Source of the DNA: a virus
Taxonomy: Duplodnaviria > Heunggongvirae > Uroviricota > Caudoviricetes
Virus record (IMG/VR): IMGVR_UViG_3300005613_000043
Length of the DNA: 64,000 nt
Strand: one strand, 5' to 3'
Below are positions 51,629-60,724 of the stretch, one piece after another. The notes under the pieces were generated by a model. The model saw only the letters and a list, made by a program, of their open reading frames with translations. It was not told the origin of the DNA and made no database searches. Every line of letters begins with the position of its first letter. Position 1 is the first letter of the stretch. A program made the position numbers and the translations under genes.

Positions 51629-53609
51629 TCATATCAATATATATTATATGGTCATCATCATTTAAATCTTTTGCTCTTTTTAATTCAATCAAATCATTTT
51701 TCTTGACAAACCATCGATGTTCGGGAGAACATTCAATTATTCCTTTTTTCGTATGAATTCTAATTACGGGTTTCAAACCTACATGTTTACTTTTAAATGG
51801 TTTTAATTCGATTTTCTTTAATCTAAAATTATATGAAGGAAGATATTCATCTCCCAGTAAATCAGATATTTCTTTTATTCCTTTTGAGGTAATAATTTTT
51901 GTATAAAATGGGAGACAGACGGCTTCTTTGGAATGGACAATTTCTGTAGTGTCATCGAAAAAAAGGACATAGCCGTCTTTATGTTGGTATAGGAACTCAA
52001 ATAGCCTCAGTGGTGTTCGATGTCCTGAGTGGTAGATATAAGGCATTTTTGACTTCTCCAAGATGTTTAATATCTGAAAAGTATTATGAATAAAAATATC
52101 ATTTGCAACGAAATTATGGAAAGCTTTTAATACTGTAAAATCATAAACTTTAAACTTTCCTGTTTTCTTCTTGATTGAAACAATTTTGTCCCAAAAAATT
52201 TCCGAATGTTTTAAATCAGTATCTTGAATTGATTTTCTGGTAAAATGTCCCCCACGTGAAGGGTCCCTAATTATGGGTATAATATCAACATTAGTGTTTG
52301 ATTTTTTGGTCTTATAAGACTCAACCATTTTTCCTAATTTGAGAAACTTTCTTCGTAATGGAATTCTGATATTTTCATAAAATTTGATAATATTATCTTT
52401 TCCAAGTACTGATGTAGTCCAATATATTTGGTTATATTTTTTGTTTAACTTCCCGAACACAGTAGATAAAATTCCAAATCTTAACAAAAGATGTTGAATT
52501 TGTCTTGCCAACAATCTTGACTTAGACGTATATTCGACTTTCCCTTTTCCGATATAACCATCTCCCGCATAAAGATAACCAAGGAATTCTGAAACTTGAA
52601 ATAGATTTAATGTCATTATCTCGTTTGGAATAAATTTTTCTCCTGATAATTTCTTTGCTAAATTTAATTTCCTGAGATATTTTCCTACTGCATTTGAACC
52701 TGTTTTTTCTTTCTTTTTGGCAATATGATAAGAATATTTTTTCATTTTTCTAAGTCGTAAATGTTTATCAAATCGCTTGACTAAACACTCAAATTCCTTA
52801 AGAAGCTCTGGTTCACTTGTAGAAAAAAGAAAGTGTCCCGATTTCGACATACACCCTTCAGAAATCATAAGTGCAAGAAGTTTTACCTTATGTTCGCTAA
52901 GAACTCGTTTGGGGTTAATATGATAAATTCTGGGTGTTGCGATAAATCCACCTTCTTTTAAAGTATCGGCTTGTTTCCAGCCATCAATGGTAAAAAATGG
53001 ATGTTCTGGCGTAACGGATATATCCCTTCCACTTCGTAAGGTGAATTTTAAAATTTCATTTGATTCTAATTCCTTCATATCGGTTATTCGAGTTTTTTTA
53101 ATCTTTAATTTTGTATTCAAACCAAAAAGTTGAGATTTTCTTTTCTTTTTGAAGATATTTAAATCCTTTTCAAATATTAATCTTCCATCTCCTCCAACTA
53201 AAAATGTATCTTTATCGAAGAATATGCACTTCCCAATGCCGACTTGACCAAAAACAATCATTGAATTAGTGAATCCCTCAACCACCATCTGGGTGTATTC
53301 ATGTAAAATTTTGTAGAACCTTTCAATCTTAGGCGTCATGGATTCTTCTATTAACCTGATTGATTCTTTCTGGGTGAGTTCCAATGATTCCTGCTCTTTC
53401 TTGAAACACTCTTGTATCTCAGATTGAATCTTCCCCATGTCTAATTTCTCTTTAAATGCTTCTGGGTATTTCCCCTTTATTGTTGAAAGGTTACTCGCAA
53501 TTGGTAGGTTTGAGTCCCAATTATCTGAAAAGGGAAACTTATCGAATGATTCTGGATTCTTCAGCATTTTCTTTAATATGTTTTCTGAAAATGAACTATA
53601 GCTAACCAT
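51615..53609 (-). CDS. N-terminal fragment gene of the fractured clamp-loader-family AAA+ ATPase: N-extein, complete LAGLIDADG intein in the P-loop, Walker B segment, then N-split intein
   Basis: VFGQVGIGK|C...FIHN|TFQILN: Walker A interrupted by a 382-aa intein; YVLFFDD Walker B; C-terminal 100 aa CLPFYTKIITSKG...ECSPEHRWF are intein blocks A/B ending at the stop. Confidence 0.75.
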   Translation of the reverse strand: MVSYSSFSENILKKMLKNPESFDKFPFSDNWDSNLPIASNLSTIKGKYPEAFKEKLDMGKIQSEIQECFKKEQESLELTQKESIRLIEESMTPKIERFYKILHEYTQMVVEGFTNSMIVFGQVGIGKCIFFDKDTFLVGGDGRLIFEKDLNIFKKKRKSQLFGLNTKLKIKKTRITDMKELESNEILKFTLRSGRDISVTPEHPFFTIDGWKQADTLKEGGFIATPRIYHINPKRVLSEHKVKLLALMISEGCMSKSGHFLFSTSEPELLKEFECLVKRFDKHLRLRKMKKYSYHIAKKKEKTGSNAVGKYLRKLNLAKKLSGEKFIPNEIMTLNLFQVSEFLGYLYAGDGYIGKGKVEYTSKSRLLARQIQHLLLRFGILSTVFGKLNKKYNQIYWTTSVLGKDNIIKFYENIRIPLRRKFLKLGKMVESYKTKKSNTNVDIIPIIRDPSRGGHFTRKSIQDTDLKHSEIFWDKIVSIKKKTGKFKVYDFTVLKAFHNFVANDIFIHNTFQILNILEKSKMPYIYHSGHRTPLRLFEFLYQHKDGYVLFFDDTTEIVHSKEAVCLPFYTKIITSKGIKEISDLLGDEYLPSYNFRLKKIELKPFKSKHVGLKPVIRIHTKKGIIECSPEHRWFVKKNDLIELKRAKDLNDDDHIIYIDMNELK
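51618..51917 (-). mobile_element. N-terminal half of a split intein (about 100 aa) at the 3' end of the upstream fragment gene
   Basis: begins at Cys after ...VHSKEAV; blocks A and B present; the ORF stops with no C-terminal splice block. Confidence 0.65.
52083..53228 (-). mobile_element. complete intein with LAGLIDADG endonuclease domain inserted after GK of the Walker A motif
   Basis: starts Cys, block B SVTPEHPFF, LAGLIDADG motifs LLALMISEGCM and LGYLYAGDGYI, block F/G VYDFTV...HNFVANDIFIHN followed by Thr. Confidence 0.8.
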
Positions 53610-53663
53610 AATTTAACCTCATTATTAAAATCGTAATTTGTTTTCGGTTTTTATTTCTATACT

Positions 53664-53845
53664 GACTCGTATGCTTATCATGAGTTTTACAATAGGCAAT
53701 GACTCGCAATTATCAAATGTTCTATTCTTGTTTTGGCTCGCAGACACAGTTTGGTTTTTCACTTGAACTTTGGCTCGTAATCGTCTAATGGATTTTATTC
53801 ACCTGGCGACTCGTAATTTTCTATTGGTTTTCATCCTAACCTTGA
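53664..53845. repeat. array of five roughly 36-bp degenerate direct repeats with core GRCTCG(Y)AA
   Basis: units start at 53664, 53701, 53735, 53772 and 53808 (gactcgtatg..., gactcgcaatt..., ggctcgcagac..., ggctcgtaatc..., gactcgtaattt...). Confidence 0.7.
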
Positions 53846-53846
53846 C

Positions 53847-54743
53847 TTACTTTTTGTCAACCCAATCCAAGTATTCAACCCCTTCTGGAGTCTCAATGAA
53901 TGGAGGCTCAATGTCGTGCCCCATCAATCCTGGATACGGGTCAGTAATGGGTAGATTGTTTAATTTTCTGAACACCTTCCAGTAGTTAGTTAGGAATATT
54001 CTCATTGTCATATTCTTAGCGGTCAGATGGACTTTAAGTTTCTTTGTTCCCTTTTCTGGTTCAGGGCATCTCTCATCGTATTCCCTTTTCTTCCTCAGGT
54101 AGGTAGCATAGTATTGCCCTTTAGCTTTCATTAGCTGGGTCAATATCTTAAACATCAATGTTTTCAGTCTTGGGTTGAAATGAGTCGCTTCTCCTCTTTT
54201 GAGTCTTGAATCGGGTATTATACCGCAGTATTTGTGAAGCTTGCTCGGATTTGTAGCTACTGTCATTACAGGAAAATATTTTACCCTTATCCATCTGTCT
54301 TTTAAGTTTTCTTCAACCACTTCTCCATATTCTGGTATTTCAAGCGAAATCGTTTCGTTCTTTTTCTTCTGTTTGTAAACATCATCTTTTACTTTTTTAG
54401 TTATCCCTTGTATCTTAAATTCTCTCGGCTTTGCCAGCCAAGCCAATAGATACCCTGACATTATTGGTCCTATTCCCTTTATTTTCTTAAGATATTTAAC
54501 GTATATTTCTTCCTTTTTTACTTCCTTTCCGATTTCTTTGCTTAACATAACTTCCAGTCCCTGCTCTTTTGCCTCTAATTCCCTGAAGAATGCTTCGTTC
54601 TTAAGCTCCTCTGGCAAACTTAGAAGCCTGTTCCCGCTTCTAATTCTGTCCTTCTGATAGTCCACTAAACTCTCCACTAAAAATCTTAGTTTATCCATAG
54701 TATCACCTCTGATTATTTTAAAAAAAACATGACGTATTTTCAA
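53847..54743 (-). CDS. IS110-family C-terminal (Transposase_20 / HhH) domain protein lacking the N-terminal DEDD/RuvC-like catalytic domain
   Basis: coiled-coil LVESLVDYQKDRIRSGNRLLSL; HhH KIKGIGPIMSGYLLAWLAKPREFK; KYCGIIPDSRLKRGEATHFNPRLKTLMFKI...YYATYLRKKRE...KVHLTAKNMTMRIFLTNYW parallels the Pfam Transposase_20 consensus; only about 85 aa precede the HhH. Confidence 0.5.
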   Translation of the reverse strand: MKIRHVFFKIIRGDTMDKLRFLVESLVDYQKDRIRSGNRLLSLPEELKNEAFFRELEAKEQGLEVMLSKEIGKEVKKEEIYVKYLKKIKGIGPIMSGYLLAWLAKPREFKIQGITKKVKDDVYKQKKKNETISLEIPEYGEVVEENLKDRWIRVKYFPVMTVATNPSKLHKYCGIIPDSRLKRGEATHFNPRLKTLMFKILTQLMKAKGQYYATYLRKKREYDERCPEPEKGTKKLKVHLTAKNMTMRIFLTNYWKVFRKLNNLPITDPYPGLMGHDIEPPFIETPEGVEYLDWVDKK

Positions 54744-54764
54744 TTTGGTTTATAAAATTGTTGT

Positions 54765-54960
54765 GACTCGTAAATTTCTAAATGGTTTTTATTCAACTAT
54801 TGACTCGCAAATTATAGTTGAACTATATTTTACTTTTTGGCTCGTAAATCTCTTCTGGATTATATTCATACTACGACTCATATCTATTACATGAGTTTTA
54901 AAGTTTCATTGATTCGCAACCTTCTTTTGTATTTTACACAATATTTGGCTATCGCATAAG
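54765..54960. repeat. array of six roughly 36-bp degenerate direct repeats, same family and orientation as 53664..53845
   Basis: units start at 54765, 54802, 54839, 54875, 54911 and 54947; unit 54875 (gactcatatctattacatgagtttta) closely resembles unit 53664 (gactcgtatgcttatcatgagtttta). Confidence 0.7.
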
Positions 54961-54980
54961 AAAAAAATAAAAAGAAGGCT

Positions 54981-55463
54981 CTAATATTCCAAAATAATCT
55001 TAACAAACAAATCAGTAAGAGCCTTTACTCCATCAGCTATTCCTTCTTTACTATAGGTCTGACCCATTAATTTGCCTTCGGAATCGGTATAAGTGTTCTC
55101 TATCTCCCATTGCTTTAGGAAACAATCAGTAGCTTTTTTGAACGCCTCTAAACGAACATTCAATCCCTCTGCTTGCTTGTAATACTGGCTTGCTGGCGGG
55201 AATGAATCATCGACTTTACTTTGAACTTGTTCTGTTTCTTTTATCACTTCAACCACTCCCTTGACATTGTGAAAATTCCCTTTCTCTACTCCCTCGAACT
55301 TGACCATGTCATCTTTTACAGCAGTTGTAACTCCGAACCCGTTCCACCATGTATTTCCTATTTTAATCCCGTAGGTTTTTTTAGGCACTCCTTCGACCAT
55401 TACCTCTCTCGGAGAAGATACAGCTTCTACTTTTCCTATTATTTCCATATTATCCCTCCTCAC
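54981..55463 (-). CDS. hypothetical protein (possible OB-fold)
   Basis: ORF track. Confidence 0.3.
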   Translation of the reverse strand: MRRDNMEIIGKVEAVSSPREVMVEGVPKKTYGIKIGNTWWNGFGVTTAVKDDMVKFEGVEKGNFHNVKGVVEVIKETEQVQSKVDDSFPPASQYYKQAEGLNVRLEAFKKATDCFLKQWEIENTYTDSEGKLMGQTYSKEGIADGVKALTDLFVKIILEY

Positions 55464-55963
55464 ATGAATTATAATCTATTATACTTTTCCAATCCTCTCA
55501 TTTTGTAATCTAATGATTTCTAATATAACCATTTTTTTTCCAATGTAGTCCAAATTTCCCTACGTTTGTTCTCTATATCCTCCATTTCAACAGAATATTT
55601 AAGGTATGTATCAGCCAATTTATTGTTTTCATCATTGAACTCTAAGAATGGTCCATTTGTAGCAATGATACCTCCTTCATCAAAATATTCAATGGCTATA
55701 TCTTGACTTTGAATTCTATTAGCATTTGTAAAACCAATCTTTTTAATTGTTGTGATTATCTTAGAGCCATCTCTACTACTGAATCCGATAATCTTCTTCC
55801 CTAAAAGAGCTTTCGCTTTCAAAAAATTATCTATAGTTTTTCTCGCTTGAATAACGGTATATACTCTTAATAAGGTTTCTTGAATTGTAAAACCAAATTG
55901 TCCTGCTCCATATTCTACATATTCTATCAAATATCCTTTATATGTTTCTTTCGTATTCTCACC

Positions 55964-56176
55964 TCAAACAGCATCAATCTTGCTAAATTCAGTTAGACAT
56001 TTGGGACACAATATACGCTCCTTATTGTTAAAATAAAATAAAAGATAGTCCTGGTTTTTTGAACCGCATTCTGGACATATCCTTTTGATTTTCACGAATT
56101 TCCAATCATCCCAATTACACTTTTTCGACTTTAATTTCGATTTCTGTGACATGAATTTCTCTATTTTCTTTTTCAA
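55964..56176 (-). CDS. zinc-ribbon small protein
   Basis: CPECGSKNQ...CPKCLTEF. Confidence 0.35.
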   Translation of the reverse strand: MKKKIEKFMSQKSKLKSKKCNWDDWKFVKIKRICPECGSKNQDYLLFYFNNKERILCPKCLTEFSKIDAV

Positions 56177-56438
56177 AGGAATTTGTCTTAATCTTCACAT
56201 CTGAAATCTTAGCCATTCCTTCTCTTTCTAAGATAGCAGCCACATCGCATGCCCTTGAAGTTGCCCTTCCCCTTGCGAGTATTGACACTTTTCCTTTATT
56301 TTTCGGGTCTTTTAACTGCCTAAGGGTTGCGAGCTGGTATACCGACAAATCCTTTCCTGTCATAGTTTTTGTTTCAGGGTCGAATCTCCGAGAGCTGATA
56401 TACACACAGCCATCTTTTAGTTTTCCTTTATTTTCCAT
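56115..56438 (-). CDS. albA: Alba-family DNA/RNA-binding protein
   Basis: GKVSILARGRATSRACDVAAILEREGMAKISDVKIKTNSFEKENREIHVTEIEIKVEK aligns to the Alba core eivIkArGraIskAVdvaEi....ikigte...g....vs.ieivl.k. Confidence 0.65.
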   Translation of the reverse strand: MENKGKLKDGCVYISSRRFDPETKTMTGKDLSVYQLATLRQLKDPKNKGKVSILARGRATSRACDVAAILEREGMAKISDVKIKTNSFEKENREIHVTEIEIKVEKV

Positions 56439-56451
56439 TGTTTTTACCTCC

Positions 56452-57285
56452 TTATATTACCTGTCCACTCATTGAATGAAATACATGTTCTGAGTCTGCT
56501 CTTATTTTATCTTGCCTCAATTTATTTGTTTCGGTTGTAGCTTTTGGTTTGAACTGAGAAGTGTAAACTGTTCCTTCCTCAGCTTTCTTAATCTTTTCAT
56601 CAAGCTTGTTTTCAATTTTTTTTAATTTTAATTGGTCTTTTTTTGTTAATCCTCTAAGAGTAGAATGTATAGCCTGATGACAATTTCTACATAAGACTAT
56701 CAAATTAGAAATAGAATTGTTTAAGTGATTATTATCTCTATGATGAATTTCTAAGGAGCTAATATACTTTTTATATCCACATAACATACATTCAACGCTT
56801 GGGGTAATCCTCAAAATTTGTTTCCTTTTTATTAATCCTTTTTTTTCGCTGATTTCATTTCTATGTTTTCTTGCCCATAATCTGCTTCTTTTTCTAATTC
56901 TTTCACTATGACGTTCTTTGTATTGTTTATAATATATTTTCCTTTTTTCAGGATTCTTTCTATACCATTCTTTAATATATTCTTTTCTGTATTTTTTTGA
57001 ATTAAATCTGTTACGTCTTTTACGAGGAATATTGTTTTTAGCTAATAGTTTTCTGATTGGTTCTTTTGTAACTCCATACTGCTCTCCAATTTCTCTTGTA
57101 TTAAATCCATCCACTGTATATCTTCTAATTATATCATTCGTAAAATCCTTTAATAATGGTTTTTTCAGACTCTTAGAATCAGGATACCTATGGCTAATAT
57201 AGAAACCACTAATTCCAAGAGTTTTCTGCACATTAGCCATAGATACCAAATTAGTATTGATTTCTGGATATATAAAACTTTTCAT
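56452..57285 (-). CDS. HNH homing endonuclease with N-terminal HTH repeats
   Basis: LEIHHRDNNHLNNSISNLIVLCRNCHQAIH. Confidence 0.75.
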   Translation of the reverse strand: MKSFIYPEINTNLVSMANVQKTLGISGFYISHRYPDSKSLKKPLLKDFTNDIIRRYTVDGFNTREIGEQYGVTKEPIRKLLAKNNIPRKRRNRFNSKKYRKEYIKEWYRKNPEKRKIYYKQYKERHSERIRKRSRLWARKHRNEISEKKGLIKRKQILRITPSVECMLCGYKKYISSLEIHHRDNNHLNNSISNLIVLCRNCHQAIHSTLRGLTKKDQLKLKKIENKLDEKIKKAEEGTVYTSQFKPKATTETNKLRQDKIRADSEHVFHSMSGQVI

Positions 57286-59931
57286 TACCCATTCCTCAGT
57301 TTTTCATCTCCTTATTTTTTATGTTTTATTATTATCTTCATCTTCTATTTTCTTAATTTTTGAATCAAGGGCATTTTGTATCATAGTAAATAATTTAGGA
57401 CATCTTGCCTCGAATAATGCTATCGCTATCCTTTCTATATGTTCTCCTCCATTTTGTGGTTCTTTTTTTAATATTGGTCTGTTAAGAGAATCTATTAAAC
57501 ATTCTTCCATTATATCATTCGATAATTTTCTATGGTCTGCTATTACCTGTGCTTCTTCTTCTGGTAGTAGGGTCATAAACTGCCATTTCCCTTTTATAAT
57601 ACATTTCTTGTAATACATTTTTTATCACCTCTCCAAAAATTATTTCTTTTCAAATGAATTACAAGCTGAACCATTTGGATTTACATTTATTCCCTTTAAA
57701 ATACACCAACCTGATTCATCCTTCCATCTGAAATTTTTACATTCTTTATGTATTGGCATTTATTCACCTATCAATAAACATCCTATGATAACAGATGTGA
57801 TTGATAATATTAGCCAAATGATACATCCTTTCTTCATGTATTTAGTATTATGATAAGTGTTGATAGACATCGGTATTCCGCCAATCCCGAAACTTAACAG
57901 AAAACAAATCAAGAATGTTTTAATCATATAGATTCCTCCTTAATTATCCGTATTTTTTTAACCATGTCTAAAGTTTCCTCAAATGAATTGGGTTCAGGTG
58001 CAAACTTAACGGATAAATCGCTAATAAATTTGGCTGTTTCTTCTTCCGAGCTAAACCTACATACGCCGTTTACTATTTTTCTAATGTGTTGAATTAATGG
58101 TTTATTCCAATTCTTTCGGTAAAATTCTAAAGAATATTTCATTCCAATTTAACTCCTTCTTTTATTCGCTTCTCCATTTCCTTTCTGATTTCAAATATCT
58201 TATCAATTTCTTTCTTCCAATCCTTATCGAAATCAAAATAGTGCTTACAATCAAAATATAAGTCTCCCTTTGCTGTTTCCTTTAATGTTATGCTATCTGG
58301 TCGATTACTAATAATATGAATCTCCTTGTCTTTTGGAATATATTCTTTCACCCCTGACATTGCGTCTTTCTTCTCAATTCCAAATCTTTCATAAATTTCC
58401 TCATTTGTTAATTTTGTCATAATTTCACCTCTTTTATTCCATCTCTCAATTTTGTTAATGTAAGCGTGTTAAGTCTGGTTAAAGCATTTTTGTCTATTCC
58501 ACCTTCTATGAGTGAGTCTATTTCGTTAATCAGGTCAATCCTTAATTTTCTTTTACTCTTCACATTTCCACCTTTCGATTAACCGCTCTTATTATTTCTT
58601 TTTGTTTCTTGCTCGTGAAGAAGAATCCGCATTCGTCACTAATTATTTCTAAAATTCTTTTAATTTCCTTTTCTTCCATTTTAATCGAGCTCCGAATAAT
58701 CCAATGGTTCTATCTGTTCTGGTTGATTAGCCATATGCTCTTGTATTTCATCTGCTACTAAGTCATCGAGATAATTCGCAACCTCTTTGATTCTTTGCGG
58801 GGTAATCGCTAACCATCCTTGAGTCATTTTGATTAATACTTCAGCCTCTTTTTCATACGGCATTTTATCTCCTCTTTTTAATCAATCTCTTCTAATTCTT
58901 CTAATGCTTCTAACATCCCTTTTTTCACTAATTCTAAATTTATCAAAGTTGTTGATAGAGACTTTTTTAGAATTTCTGATGTTATGTTTTCTTCGCCCAT
59001 TGTTGACAATTCCTTAACTAAGTTTTCCATCCTCTTTCCTATTTTCTTCATTACTTCTAATTCCATTTTTTTTTCACCTCTTTCTTTTAAAACTATTCCT
59101 TCAAGAAAATCCCATTCAATCTGGTCTTTCCAGACTTCTTCCAAAGTATAGATTTAATCACTCTCTAATTTTTTTAATCTTTTATCATAATCTTCAAGTT
59201 TAACATAAAGCCAAAAAACACAAAATACAGTTAATATCAATTTTGTAAGTCTCACAACTTCTAACGTGCCCATTCTAATCACCTCGTATTATGCAAAAAC
59301 ATCTTGAATTTCTTATACTGAATCGTTCTCCTAATCCTTTTAATATCAATTCCACTTTCATACAATCGGTCTAAAAATTCACTTACTTTAATTGCTTCTT
59401 GATGAGATACCATCTAATCACCCTGATTTATATCTCCAGAGTTTATCCAATTCAGGAAATAAAAACATTTCAATTATATCTTCTGATTCTTTCCCATTTT
59501 CCCAATTGTTAATATACCTCTTAACCCTTTCAATTGATACATTCGGATAGTCGCCTTTCATCTGTTTTACGAATTGCTTGGCTATTTTATCTTTCTCTTC
59601 GTTTGTAAATTTCATTTAATCACCAAATTTCAACCAAAAAACCATTCTTCCGAACTCATGTATGTCTCAAGTTTCATCTTCGGATTTTTCTTGATTTTAT
59701 CGCACCATTTCTTATGACCTATTTTTGCTTCTTCTTCTGATTCGTATGCTTCTACTCCTATCCAAGCTTTCCCTTTCGGCTGGATTCCCGTTTCCCATTT
59801 CTCTGTATCTGGGGCATAGCATGTGTCAATCGTAAAATTATTTATTTCATCAGTTAATGCTGTATCCCTCCATTCTTGGGTTTGGTTAGCTAGTATTCCC
59901 AAAAATCTCATAAAATTTCCACCCATTCTAA

Positions 59932-60132
59932 TCACCTCACCGTTCTGTTAATTGCATCTAAAACCTCTATGAAATTACAATCTACCTTATCGCAAATCAT
60001 ATCTAAAATTTCAAAAGCATTTTTATTGTCTACATTTAGTAGGGTATGTTTTAGTCTCAAATATCCTGTCTTTGCGAATTTTCTTTTAGTTTTATGTTCT
60101 TCTTCGATTAGTTCTATTTGTTCAATTTTCAT
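59932..60132 (-). CDS. 66-aa Cys-containing protein, paralog of 49611..49811
   Basis: protein and nucleotide similarity to the 49.6-kb copy. Confidence 0.5.
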   Translation of the reverse strand: MKIEQIELIEEEHKTKRKFAKTGYLRLKHTLLNVDNKNAFEILDMICDKVDCNFIEVLDAINRTVR

Positions 60133-60147
60133 TCAATCACCAAATTA

Positions 60148-60453
60148 TTATTTTTCTACGCTATCATCAAACACTTCCAATAAAACATTTAATCCAATTA
60201 CAAATTCCTTACCCTTGTCAGTTATGATAAACTTATTCTCAATATGCTCAATCAGTCCATGCTTAATCAGGACATTGGCGTGCTTATACAGTTCCGAACT
60301 GCCTATGACTACATTAAATTGCGATGCTATGTTCTTTATTGAGCCGTATCCCAAGAAGGGATTATCGCTTAATGCGTATAGGATTAAAATTCTCTTTTTA
60401 CTCGCACAAATATCAGCTATGTTTTTCAAATATTCAAATTCTTTATCATCCAT
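60148..60453 (-). CDS. winged-helix transcriptional regulator (ArsR/TrmB-like)
   Basis: ASKKRILILYALSDNPFLGYGSIKNIASQF...ELYKHANVLIKHGLIE. Confidence 0.55.
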   Translation of the reverse strand: MDDKEFEYLKNIADICASKKRILILYALSDNPFLGYGSIKNIASQFNVVIGSSELYKHANVLIKHGLIEHIENKFIITDKGKEFVIGLNVLLEVFDDSVEK

Positions 60454-60724
60454 CCAATCACCTGTTGTTTGTTATAAATAACCATAAAGTTGAAATTAGG
60501 AGGTAAATCAAACAAATCAGAAAGATTAAAATCTCATTTTTAACGCATTTTAAGGATATGATTGCTGTCATCCATAATCCTATCCAAATTAAATAACGCC
60601 TTAATTCATTCCAATAGAATTTCTTTCCCATCATGTTCCTCTTCCACATCTTCCTTATCCTGATTAAGTTCCACTTGAAGCGAACCCTTAACATGAATAA
60701 ATGTAGTTTATCCCGAATTTTCAT

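Noticed and set aside
53664-54960. CRISPR array
   Set aside because: The 36-bp units are degenerate along their whole length, not a conserved repeat alternating with unique spacers. The two blocks flank a gene rather than forming one array, and no cas genes are present.
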